Source of the DNA: Phoronis australis
Taxonomy: Eukaryota; Animalia; Phoronida
DNA length: 32,824 nt
Assembly (NCBI GenBank): GCA_002633005.1
Contig: NMRA01000635.1
Location: 12,079-44,902 of the forward strand
Reading direction: 5' to 3'
Below are positions 10,018-20,877 of the stretch, in pieces. The position numbers and the translations under genes were made by a program. Every line of letters starts with the position of its first letter. The first letter of the stretch is position 1. The notes beneath the pieces are model-generated. The model was given only the letters and a program-made list of their open reading frames with translations. It was not told the origin of the DNA and did no database searches.

Positions 10018-10916
10018 TGTAACAGGAGTGTCCTGGACATGATTATGTAAGTGAGATATATGCGCCCTCTAGTAGTCAAGCTGTGTATTACGTANGCCCT
10101 GAACATGATTATGTAAGTAAGATATATGCGCCCTCTAGCGGTCAAGCTGTGTATTACGTATGGAATTTTCCCGGCTATGATGTTGAGTCCTTTGGACATG
10201 GCCAAATATGGTCAGAAGCTAGGAGCTATGGGCCTCGCCCTTCAGATCGTGTCTGATTGGTTGAAATTGTGTACTTAAGCTTTGTCTCTGTCAGACACGA
10301 GGAGTCCAGTCGCAGAGTTCAAGAAGTAAACATGTTCACCTTCACTCACTCACACCAAATTGCAACTGTTTGTGCAGCTTTCGGGCTCCTCCCGAACTTG
10401 GTTGCCAATAGTTTAGCCCCATGCAATTCTCGGGCTTCTCCCGAGCTTGGTTGCATCTCACCTTTCGGATCTGAATAACCAAATTGCCCCGTTCTTGCAC
10501 ACACAACTGTTAATCAGCGACTGGCTTGCCCGTGTATCAGAACTGTATAAATCACAACGCTGCGATACTAAGTTATGGAACAACTGGATTGCTTGTAAGT
10601 GTGGAATATTGTAGTTATATATTCTTTCAATAAACCTATGTATTATTCACAAACTTTTAGTTTTCAACATCACCCTCAGTCCGCACCGGGCTCGTAAAAT
10701 CGGGGCGCCTTGGTCGTAGATACCGCCAAAATCACAACGCTGCGATACTAAGTCATGGAACAACTGGATTGCTTGTAAGTGTGAAACATTGTAGTTATAT
10801 ATTCTTACAATAAACCTATGTATTATTCACCAACTTTTAATTTTCAATATCACCCTCAGTCCGCACCGGGCTCGTAAAATCGGGGCGCCTTGGTCGTAGA
10901 TACCGCCCCCGTTACA
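10018..10916 (+). repeat. Second (shared) LTR, lengthened by a ~70-bp N-junction duplication and a ~180-bp internal tandem duplication
   Basis: TGTAAC at 10018, GTTACA at 10911-10916; segment ~10549-10727 repeated at ~10729-10907. Confidence 0.92.
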
Positions 10917-11552
10917 CTGGTGCGCGTAGCCCGCGGATATGTGCGAGTGATGTTGAAAAGCAGTAAAGTAGAGTTTCTTACCGTCAATGCCTATTCCGTG
11001 CGTTAATGACATTCTTTTCGTTGCTCATGCCGTTGACGTCTTGTCACGCTCGCTGGGTGATGCTTGGAATTAATTAACTCACACAGCAAACGTCTGTTGA
11101 AGGCTGCGAGTTCAAAGTTCACAAAACGTAATATTTCAAACTCACAGTAGCGACATTGAACACATTTTCGTCAGTACTCCTGAGTTGATTTTCCGTTGAG
11201 GTTTCACTAAATACCCTTGTCGATTATCAATTCACAACTTGTAGTGTGTTGCTGTTAACTTCCATGGATAACCTTGCTTTCGCGAAAGGCTTGCAATATT
11301 CAGGTGGCGATAGCTTGAATGTGGGAAGTAATGTCCACTTGTTGCCCAATTAATATTTTCTAGAAGTAGATTCATGTCTGTTGACGCTCTGTTGTTAGGC
11401 TACTCCATTCGTCTTCGGTTACTGTTGTCTGGTGTACTCCACGTATTCAGGACACGTTTTAGTGGTTTCAATTACTGAGAGTATCATCTACTGACCTCAG
11501 GCTCAGTTCTATACGCTACATTTGCTGCTTTCATCCAATTCCATAATCCAAA

Positions 11553-11945
11553 ATGGCCCGTTTCTTGTCAAATGTGTCGAATTGGTTTACTCCCTCGTTT
11601 ATGGCGGCAGAAAACCACGTCGAACCGGATCCTCTGCCTGAAATTGTCACAGTTGGTGATTATAGGGACCGTTCCTCTGAAATGCCATACGTCAACTGTC
11701 CAAGCAACAGCCCGCCTATAGTGTATTATCATTTGACCATCAGCGACAGGCCACTATAAATCAGACTGACAGGGGAGGATTGGATTCGATGGCCCCCTGT
11801 ATCAAGCAAAATTCAAAACAGCAGCAACAACACGCGCTCGCCCTAACGAAACGCAAAGAACGGGTGCCACAACATTTTGACGGAAAATCATGTGAATGGC
11901 CGGACTTTCTGCGCCAATTCGAGAAAATTTGTAGGTGGAATGGTT
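11553..11945 (+). pseudogene. gag: Second gag copy, frameshifted and truncated at N
   Basis: Same start MARFLSNVSNWFTPSF as 5365; indels near 11720-11760 break the frame. Confidence 0.9.
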
Positions 11946-12144
11946 NCTGACTCATGAATGAAGTCTAAGTAATTTTACTTAACAATCACATCAATATAAA
12001 TACAATTTTAAATTCAAAACTCGCATCCATACAGTTCTTCAGTTATCCATGTAGAGTCTAGGCTGTACCAAAACCGTTTGAATTTGGTTCAAATGAAAGC
12101 TTATAGGTCACTTCTCAGGCATGTAACCTTGACAGCCACATGCT

Positions 12145-12340
12145 TTCCTTGATAACAGTCCCACCAGATCAACATGTGGCTGGGCTAGCATAATTTAAAT
12201 AAACAATCAACAGCCCTAGAGGCATTAAACATTAATGTATTTCAAGAGGCATTCCTTGAAAACTGTCCTAGCAGTTCAACATGTAGGTGGGCTAGTATGA
12301 TTAAAGTGAACATTAACCCTAGAAGCATAAAACAATAATA
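12145..12340. repeat. Two degenerate ~105-bp direct repeats
   Basis: ttccttga.aac.gtcc...tcaacatgt...tgggctag...ccctaga.gcat.aaac occurs twice. Confidence 0.65.
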
Positions 12341-12811
12341 TAAGGACACTAGTGAAACTAAATTTCTTATTTTTTCATAAATAATGTTGTAGTACCACAA
12401 GAATCCCGAGCCATATCCAAGTCCGTACCATAGCTGCTGAACGACAATATTTTAAAAAATTATGAGTCTTCACAACAATGCTAAATGTCCTTGAAAAATC
12501 AAAATGAGTAATTTTTGGCAATTATTTTTGTCCGAAATAGACAAAATTTTACTGTAGCTACAGACTGGCAGCTACCACCTGATTACGAGATAATTTCAAA
12601 TGTTGGAAAAGTACAAAATGCTCTAAATGCTAATACTTGCACATTTGGTAAAACTGGATCATATATTTGTGTATGGTTTGTATTGATATTTATTGTGCTT
12701 GTTTACACAACCTGCAGGTAACACTGCCTTTGCTGTTTTAAAGCAATTGCATTTAATATTTTGCTGTACTGACTTTGACAGCAGTATGAAAGGAAAATGA
12801 AAACTTGTTAA

Positions 12812-13319
12812 NNNNNNNNNNNNNNNNNNNNNNNNNNNNNNNNNNNNNNNNNNNNNNNNNNNNNNNNNNNNNNNNNNNNNNNNNNNNNNNNNNNNNNNNN
12901 NNNNNNNNNNNNNNNNNNNNNNNNNNNNNNNNNNNNNNNNNNNNNNNNNNNNNNNNNNNNNNNNNNNNNNNNNNNNNNNNNNNNNNNNNNNNNNNNNNNN
13001 NNNNNNNNNNNNNNNNNNNNNNNNNNNNNNNNNNNNNNNNNNNNNNNNNNNNNNNNNNNNNNNNNNNNNNNNNNNNNNNNNNNNNNNNNNNNNNNNNNNN
13101 NNNNNNNNNNNNNNNNNNNNNNNNNNNNNNNNNNNNNNNNNNNNNNNNNNNNNNNNNNNNNNNNNNNNNNNNNNNNNNNNNNNNNNNNNNNNNNNNNNNN
13201 NNNNNNNNNNNNNNNNNNNNNNNNNNNNNNNNNNNNNNNNNNNNNNNNNNNNNNNNNNNNNNNNNNNNNNNNNNNNNNNNNNNNNNNNNNNNNNNNNNNN
13301 NNNNNNNNNNNNNNNNNNN
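12812..13319. other. Assembly gap (508 N)
   Basis: Run of N. Confidence 1.
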
Positions 13320-13424
13320 ACTATTTGTTTACTCCCTGTTATATGTCTTCCGGAAATCTATTACACGTTGAAATGGGAATCTTACATGTCTGAGGCTTGG
13401 GCCTTAAATGTTGAAACAGTTATT

Positions 13425-13730
13425 TAAAACATAGTCAATGTTAGTCTCACATCTGTAGGCTATTGCTAACAAAACATAGACAGTCAAGATTAGTCTCGCA
13501 TCTGTAGACTCTAGCCAACAAAACATATTCAACATGTAGTCACATCCCTGGTTTCATGTTAACATAACATAGTAACGGTTAGTCTCACATCTGTAGGCTA
13601 TTGTCAACCAAAAATAGTCAACTTTGGTCCCATATCAGTAGAATCTTGTAAACAAAAGATGGTCAAGATTAGTCTAACATCCGTAACCTCTTGTCAAAAG
13701 GACATAGACAACGTGAGACTCACATCCCTC
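13425..13730. repeat. Degenerate ~58-65-bp tandem repeat (ACATAGTCAA.GTTAGTCTCACATCTGTAG...)
   Basis: About five imperfect copies. Confidence 0.75.
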
Positions 13731-13792
13731 AACTTAATAATAAAATGTCAAGTGTGATATTGAGTATTAAGATGCGGCAATAGAAAACTCAC

Positions 13793-13902
13793 CACTGGCC
13801 GACAAATGAACAAAAGTTTGATGAGAATCCTCGGCTGGTGGCTAGAAAAGGAGGTTCTTCCTGCAGAACCTTCGTACACATTTCAAAGTCTGACCATTCC
13901 AC
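13793..13902 (-). pseudogene. Isolated MAP2K7/MKK7-like kinase exon (C-lobe), 110 bp, lacking the LATGxFPY segment
   Basis: ccacag| acceptor, |gtgagt donor; VEWSDFEMCTKVLQEEPPFLATSRGFSSNFCSFVGQ(C) is colinear with MKK7 DFEVLTKVLQEEPPLLPGHMGFSGDFQSFVKDC (recalled sequence). Confidence 0.7.
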
Positions 13903-14734
13903 CTGTGGACAAAAACAGAAATGTAGTTAAGACTGAGCAACGAAGACAGCTATAGACAGCATATTATACTTGGACACACATACATATAGTAAATAATCAA
14001 ATACTCACAAACATACACATACATACTCAAATACACGAATAAATACATGCATGCCTACATGCATACAAACACACGCACACACATATACATGACAAAGAGT
14101 AACACACGCACAAACAAACAGAAAAGAATGGCTACGGAAACTATTTTTGGTCAGAAGAAATAGAATGATATTCTGGACCTTCAAAGTGAACCTAATATGG
14201 ACAACATAGGACTGCATACAATCAATACTGTAGTGTTCCTAACCTGAACACAATACATGCCCCTGTATATACACCAATAAAATAAACCCAATCTTAACCC
14301 CGTCAATGCCCCTAAACTTCAACCTTATACTGTATCCAGTCTGGACCCTGTCAACATCAAGATACATACCTAGCACTTTTCACATTCATCCTTAGAGCGG
14401 TTTGATTGATAGAAGGGTAGACTAGAAAACAATAAAAATGAAAATGGCCTCTAGGTGGCACAAAATACCTCGAAACCATTCAAAAATGAAACCATAGCAC
14501 CAACTCGCTAATAGATGTCTATATGCTAAATTTTAAGAAGATATGTTGATGACCTGCGAAGATATAGAGGTAAATGTAAAAAACTAAAATATAGTGCGGC
14601 GATTCTAGTCTAGATGTCCTGACCCCCCTACAGTCACCTCTGCAATGGAACAAACCATTTATCACCCACAGCAATGACCACATAAACAGCATAGACCACA
14701 TGAGCAACCCCACATTAATCACATACAAGTATTA

Positions 14735-14864
14735 GCCCAAAAATCCATACAACAGGTCTGATGTCATAGTCCCATTAACACAGTCTCATTCATCACGAAC
14801 CAGAGTTAGACCTAAAATCCATAAAACAGGGCTGATGACATAGTTCCATTATCACAGTCTCATT
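14735..14864. repeat. Two ~75-bp direct repeats abutting the LINE 3' end
   Basis: aaaatccata.aacagg.ctgatg.catagt.ccatta.cacagtctcatt twice. Confidence 0.8.
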
Positions 14865-14980
14865 AAAAAAAAAACAAAAAAAAACAGTGCAGGTGGTCTG
14901 ATGTCATTTGCGGTGCATCACACGTGCTCAGGCCTCATGGTTGGGCCCACTGCACAAAATGCCTGAGCACGAGACCCCAA

Positions 14981-17900
14981 TTATGGCTCCTCGTGAAGAA
15001 AGTTTTCAAGTCTGCCAGTCTCCTTTAGGAAAACGGACAGACGTTTCCATTTGTTGCCATGCACTATATGTTGTAGGCATGTAACAATGCCATCCAGTAG
15101 GTTGCTCCTTAGCCTATAAAAAGCTGGACAAGACTCTACCAGGTGTTTAGGAGATTCTACGTCAGTACCACACTCGGGACACACAGGGCTCCCCATATGC
15201 CCAGTAATGTGTCTGTGTCGGGCTAGGTTGCAGTGGCCCGTCAAAATTTGAATGACGTGTCTTATACCCAATCTATCTAGACTCAGAAGGCTTTTTGAAC
15301 CTTNTAACACAACGAGAGTTGACCCTTAGTTTCTTTAGGGCTTTTATTGCTGCCTGGCTATCTGAAAAGATGATAATTGGCCGATTGCCAAGTTCAGTGT
15401 TATATTGTTGTGCCAATTGAGCAGCTCTATTAATTGCAGTGATCTCAGCCTGAAACACCGTGGCAAGATTGCCCAACGATACCCAGTTTTCTGCATCTGC
15501 AACAGGAAGGCTTGGAAAGTAGACCCCAGCACCTGTCTGGCCATTTTCCAGTTTAGAGCCGTCCGTATAACAAACCACCTCATTCTTGTGTTCTGCGGTA
15601 GGCCATCCATCGCCAATTTCCGTGAAGAAATTGTTTGTATGATTTAAAGTTGTGACCTGGACATCACTAGGCATGTTCCATAGTTGCCCAGTCTTGGCCA
15701 TTAGCTTATTGCAAACATTCCTGTGGCTTCTGTGTGCAACGGAGTCAGGGATGTTAGTTTTCACCCACTGACCATTATATTTGAGACGAAGTGCAGCAGA
15801 TGCAGCTTCACCCTCAAGGTATATGTTCAGTGGTGGTAGACCGATTAGCATTTCTAGGGCTGCAGAAGGCGTTCCTGGAAAAGCAGAGGTTATGCACAAA
15901 CAAGCTAGACGTTGCAGCTGCCTAAGTTTGTTGATAATTGTAATCTGTTTTAATGCCGTTACCCATATCGACGAAGCATAGGACATTATAGGTCGGATAA
16001 CAGCAGTATAAATCCAGAACATATTCTTGGGAGACATTCCCCAAGTTTTACCCACCGCACGACTGCATCTCACCAATGCAGATTTTGCTTTTGAGATTTT
16101 GTCTGTAATATGCGGGGTCCAGGAAAGACGATGGTGTAAAATGACACCTAAGTAAGTCGCCTTGTCTACAAGATCAAGATGTTTACCATTCAGCGTTAAA
16201 GGCCGCAATGACCATTTAAGCTTCCAAGTGAATATAATCACCTTTGTTTTGCTACCACTAATTTCTAAGCCGACTGACTTAGCCCATATGGCTGTTGTAT
16301 TCAGTGCTCTTTGAGCAAGATAGCGACATGTGTCAGGATCGATGCTAGACACACTGAGAACAATATCATCTGCATAGGCTTGAACATAAAAGCTTGGACC
16401 CATGTCATTAGATAATTGTTGAAGCAAACCATCCATAACCATGTTAAAGAGGGTGGGTGAGGCAGCGCCACCCTGAGATGTTCCTCTGGTGATGCGAACC
16501 GCCACTCTCACATTGTCTAGACAAGCAGTCACAGATTGACTTCCAAGCATATTAATGATCCACCTGGTAAGACACCTATTCACTTTAAAGTGGTTCAGTG
16601 CAATTCGAATCGCATCATGCTTAATATTNAGGGTGGGTGAGGCAGCGCCACCCTGAGGTGTTCCTCTGGTGATGCGAACCGCCACTCTCACATTGTCTAG
16701 ACAAGCAGTCACAGATTGACTTCCAAGCATGTTAATGATCCACCTGGTAAGACACCTATTCACTTTAAAGTGGTTCAGCGCAATTCGAATCGCATCATGC
16801 TTAATATTGCTGAAAGCACCAACAAGATCAATGAAGGCACAGAGGGCAAATTATTTATTAAAAACAGCCCTTTCCAGTCTAGCAACCAGATGATGTAGAG
16901 CGGTCTCCGTAGAGAAGCCAGGCCTATAAGCATACTGATTGTTCTGAAGTTTGTTCTGTATTCCTTGTTTATCAAGATGCCACAGAATGAGCCTTTCCAG
17001 TCCTTTGAGAAGAAAGGATGTTAAGGTTATAGGCCTAAATGATTCAGCCAAAAGGTATGAGTTCTTCCCTGGTTTAGGAATGAAGACTACCCTAGCTTCA
17101 GTCCAAGTCTTAGGGATATAACCTAGTCTAACACTGGCTTTGTAAGTTGCTGTGAGTATATGGAATAGTGGTATCCCAGCTTCTTGCAACATTATAGGAT
17201 ATATCATGTCTAGTCCTGGGGATTTCCATGGTTTAAAAGACTTTAGAGCTAACTCCACGAGATGTGGTCTGGCTACGTTTTCAACATCAGCATAAGCTAA
17301 TGGTTCTCACTCCTCCGAGTCCGTCACTTTTGAATATTGGTTCGACAGGTTTACACTATCAGGATAGTGCTTATCCATCATGACTTCGAGTGTTTCCTCG
17401 GCGGAGCGTGTGTATGAGCCATCCTCTCTTTGAATGACCTCGAGTCTGGAGGAGTGATTCTTCTTAAGCAATTGCATCAGCCTAGCAGATGCAGAGAGGC
17501 TGTTAGTTTGCTGACAGAAATTCCTTCAGGAATTGCGCTTTGCTTTGCGTGTGGCAGACTTAAACATACGATAGGCAAGATGATATGCATCCCAGCACTC
17601 GTCAGTGTCAGTCCGAATTGCCGCTCTGTGAGCTTTACGTGCCTTACCCCGAAGTGCTGCCAGTTCTTTGGTCCACCAAATCTGTTGTTTTGGTTTCCCA
17701 GTGACCTTAATGCAGCGTTTAGGGCAGGAAATATCTAGTGACTTGGTCAGGGCATTGTTAATGTCATCTGCCAATTTGTTAACATCAGAACGAGTCCTGA
17801 TATTTGTTGTTTCTAGAGTAGAAAGAAGTTTGGAGACCTTTGAACGATAGAGTTCCCAGTTCACCTTATTGGTGTTCCTATACTCAGTAAATAGTGGAAC

Positions 17901-18941
17901 AACGAAAGTCGCNATTTGTTGTTTCTAGAGTAGAAAGAAGTTTGGAAACCTTTGAACGATAGAGTTCCCAGTTCACCTTATTGGTGTTCTATACTCAGTA
18001 AATAGTGGAACAACGAAAGTCACCACTTCAAACTTGATGTATCTGTGGTCAGATAAAGAAGGTTCAGAATCCACTCTCCAATTAGTTACCACATCAACAG
18101 CAGTCAAATTAACCAGAGTAAGGTCTATAACCTCCTGCCGGTTTCTGACAACAAAATGTGGACTCATGGCCCTTGTTGCATATTAAAAGTTGTGAACTGA
18201 CAATAAACTCTAGAAGTGCCTCACCTCTTGAGTTGGTGTCAGTGCTGTGCCACACCTCGTGATGTGAATTGGCATCACAACAGATAACCAAAGGGATATT
18301 CTTGGCTCTGCAGTGATTGGTGATTTGTTGCAGTTTAGGTGGGGGTGGGTTCTCGGCGGAGTCCCCTGGCATATAGGCTGAGACCCACCATACTGTGCAT
18401 ATTAGACCATTTGGTCTTAGTGTATCACAGGACACTGCCACAGTGTCCCTGTCACAAAACTCAGGAAGGATTCTTGAGGTTATGTCCTTGGATACAAGAA
18501 TCGCAGTCCTGGGCTTGATGTTGTTACCCAGTGAAGCAATATAAGATTTGGCATTCCTAGGAGTGTTCATCATTGCGCTTCCCCGACAGCACGGCTCTTG
18601 TACGAAGGCCATGAATAGGGTATTGCGCTCAAGCGTCTGGTGCAGAAGCACTGATGGGTTGTTGGGCCCTTGCAGATTTATCTGCCAGATTTTAACCTCA
18701 TGATTCATTTCATCATGTTAAGAATATACCAGTGACTGTCTATCCAGANGATGTTGTTACCCAGTGAAGCAATATAAGATTTGGCATTCCTAGGAGTGTT
18801 CATCATCGCGCTTCCCCGACAGCACGGCTCTTGTACGAAGGCCATGAATAGGGTATTGCGCTCAAGCGTCTGCTGCAGAACCACTGATGGGTTGTTGGCC
18901 CGGTGCAGATTTATCTGCCAGATTTTAACCTCATGATTCAT
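14981..18941 (-). pseudogene. LINE ORF2 (APE endonuclease - RT - RNase H - CCHC), broken by frameshifts and N-junction duplications
   Basis: WQINL, VQEP, SAYMP, CDANSHH..W, IDLTL, SDHRYI (APE); KSPGLD, FIPKPGK, FRPITLT, GTPQGG..SP, YADD, YLGV (RT); YTDGSK, VFQAEI, SDSQAA (RH); LTGHC, CPEC...H....C. Confidence 0.93.
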
Positions 18942-18972
18942 TTCATCATGTTAAGAATATACCAGTGACTGT

Positions 18973-20296
18973 CTATCCAGACTCCACATAACTCGTGAGT
19001 GGGGAAGGAGCCAGAGAAGATCTGTCACTGGATGGTACAGGTTCAGAAGCCTCAGCAACCTTCCCTACCTCAGTCGTTTCATCACCCACATCCATTTCTG
19101 CTGACCCTGGGGTGGGCACACAGTCAGCTTCCATGTCCGAGGTTGACATCCCTTCTGAGGTCTGGACAGAGGCTTTGGCCCCCTTAATGCTTTTGCCTCT
19201 AGCTCTAAAAAGCACACGCCCAGCAAAGCCGCACCAGGGACGAAAATCCATCCCCCGGAGAACCTGCCAAGCGGACAATGGTAAATCCCTTAGAGGGATA
19301 TTTTGTCGTTGGTTTGATGGCAGTCATTTACACCACATGAACCTTTGTCATATCCAGGTCATCGTTGCACTCCTTAAGGACCACCAAGAACTCATCCTTA
19401 TTAGAGGCAACTTCCTCTGACACATGACAGAAGGCCTTGAACACAGGAGGTAGATCGCCTGGACACATCATGTGGTACCCTGACCTGTGAGAGTCAAGAC
19501 CATCAGGAGTAATTTCCTTACACTCAAGTTTGACCCAGTCAAGGGTAGCTGAGTTGTCACAGGCAATCGCCAGTTTGCCCTTTTCAAGTCTCACTGACTT
19601 AATACGAAGCGGGACACGGGCTCTCTGAGGACTGACAAATGCCATCTGTAGTCGGTGCTTCAGACGCTTAGCCTCGTCCTCATTTAGTGGTGGCTCACCA
19701 ACCTTTGCAGCCACATAGACACTAAGGTCTTTCTTAGCCACACTAGCATAAGGTAATTTATCCACTTTAGCCACTTTGGTGGGTGGTTTTCAGGATGTCC
19801 CAGGAGTCGAGCTGTCAGACTTAGGGCGCTTAACATCCTGCTGAACATCGATTTCTAGGTTTTCAAGCTTCTTCTGAGCCGCCTGGCGAGCCCGCTTTGT
19901 CTTCCGCCTAGCAGCAGCAGAGAGACGGTGGGAGCTGCCATCAAGCCCAGTTGAAGTCTTTCCGCCACCATTCGCTCCGTGAGGAGTGTCCGGGGCAGGT
20001 TTGGGGTTCGCGTCAGCAGCCACCCTAGCCGCTTTCACAAGCTTGGTAATCTCACTTTCCACTCTCATAGAAGAGTCCAGTGATTTCCCAGAGCAAGCGT
20101 CCACAGTAGGGGGTGCTTCCACTTGCCTTATAGAAACTCCTAGGGAGGAGCCTTTGAGGCGGACGTCCGTGGCCGCAAAGACCACATTCGACTGCCCTGT
20201 GCACTGGTCACTTGAACCCTGACCAGGGTGGGTTATTGGTTTTCGCTGTGGATCCATATAGCAAGTATAGGTTATGATTCTGGTCTGCATCCGCAT
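18973..20296 (-). pseudogene. LINE ORF1 (nucleic-acid-binding, DUF4780-like by inference), one in-frame TGA (19790-19792) and one frameshift (~19280-19330)
   Basis: ORFs 20296-19790 and 19774-19328 are in the same frame; basic patches (AARRKTKRAR, KRPKSDSSTP, YASVAK); abuts the ORF2 start. Confidence 0.75.
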
Positions 20297-20877
20297 TCAC
20301 CCTATCCATAAGGTGGCAACAAGGCCCAGCCAAAGGCTTTCCTGCATCCGCAAACCAATAGGATCTGACACTGGTTTCAACAGCTCCCTCCCCTGGTTCC
20401 TCCAAGCGAAAGGGCTTCTGCTGCAAATGGACTACACAGGTTCAGTATGTCTACCTCCAAGAGCCAGAACCTCGCAACCTCCCTGGGTTAATCGTGCAGA
20501 GGCTTGTCCCCTAGTGCAGCAGGCGCTACTCCGTGCACCGCGGTTTGCCCAAGATTACTTGATACGCAAAATTCTGTGTTGTTTACCACCAGCCGCAACT
20601 GGCTTAAGACTCAAGAACCAGGGTATTAGTTCTCAAGGATTCCCGTGTCACCTGACCGGAGACAAGGGGTATCAATCGGACCTCAAGGGGTCAAAGTCAA
20701 GATACTCTTGACCAGGCGCCCCAAAGGGGGATGATTAGGTTAAAGAGGCCTCCCACTCTAGAGCCACTGATCAATCACCCAAGAACAGAGAATGCTGCCA
20801 ACAAGGTTTTCGGCATCTCATATCGTTCGAAACAACAGCGACTGCTAAAGACAGAAAACCCCCTTCCCCAACCCGAT

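Larger units (their letters stand above)
4099..11945 (+). mobile_element. Ty3/Gypsy LTR retrotransposon, tandem arrangement LTR-int-LTR-int(partial), defective
   Basis: LTRs with TGTAAC...GTTACA ends, PBS after each LTR, gag with CCHC knuckle, pol order PR-RT-RH-IN, PPT before the second LTR; cut off at N 11946. Confidence 0.95.

Noticed and set aside
12011-12062. Possible next MKK7 exon (tacag|C CTA GAC... giving CLDSTWITEELYGCEF*)
   Set aside because: Phase fits, but there is no similarity to the expected CLTK...RP motif; unsupported.
12340-12495. Kolobok-like MITE (AAGGACA...TGTCCTT)
   Set aside because: Only a 7-bp inverted match and no intact TTAA TSD.
12805-13371. 188-aa ORF
   Set aside because: Consists of the N gap.
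14885-14980. Second ribozyme in the LINE 3' UTR
   Set aside because: Hairpin present, but no HDV L3/J4/2 or hammerhead CUGANGA/GAAA core in the proper arrangement.
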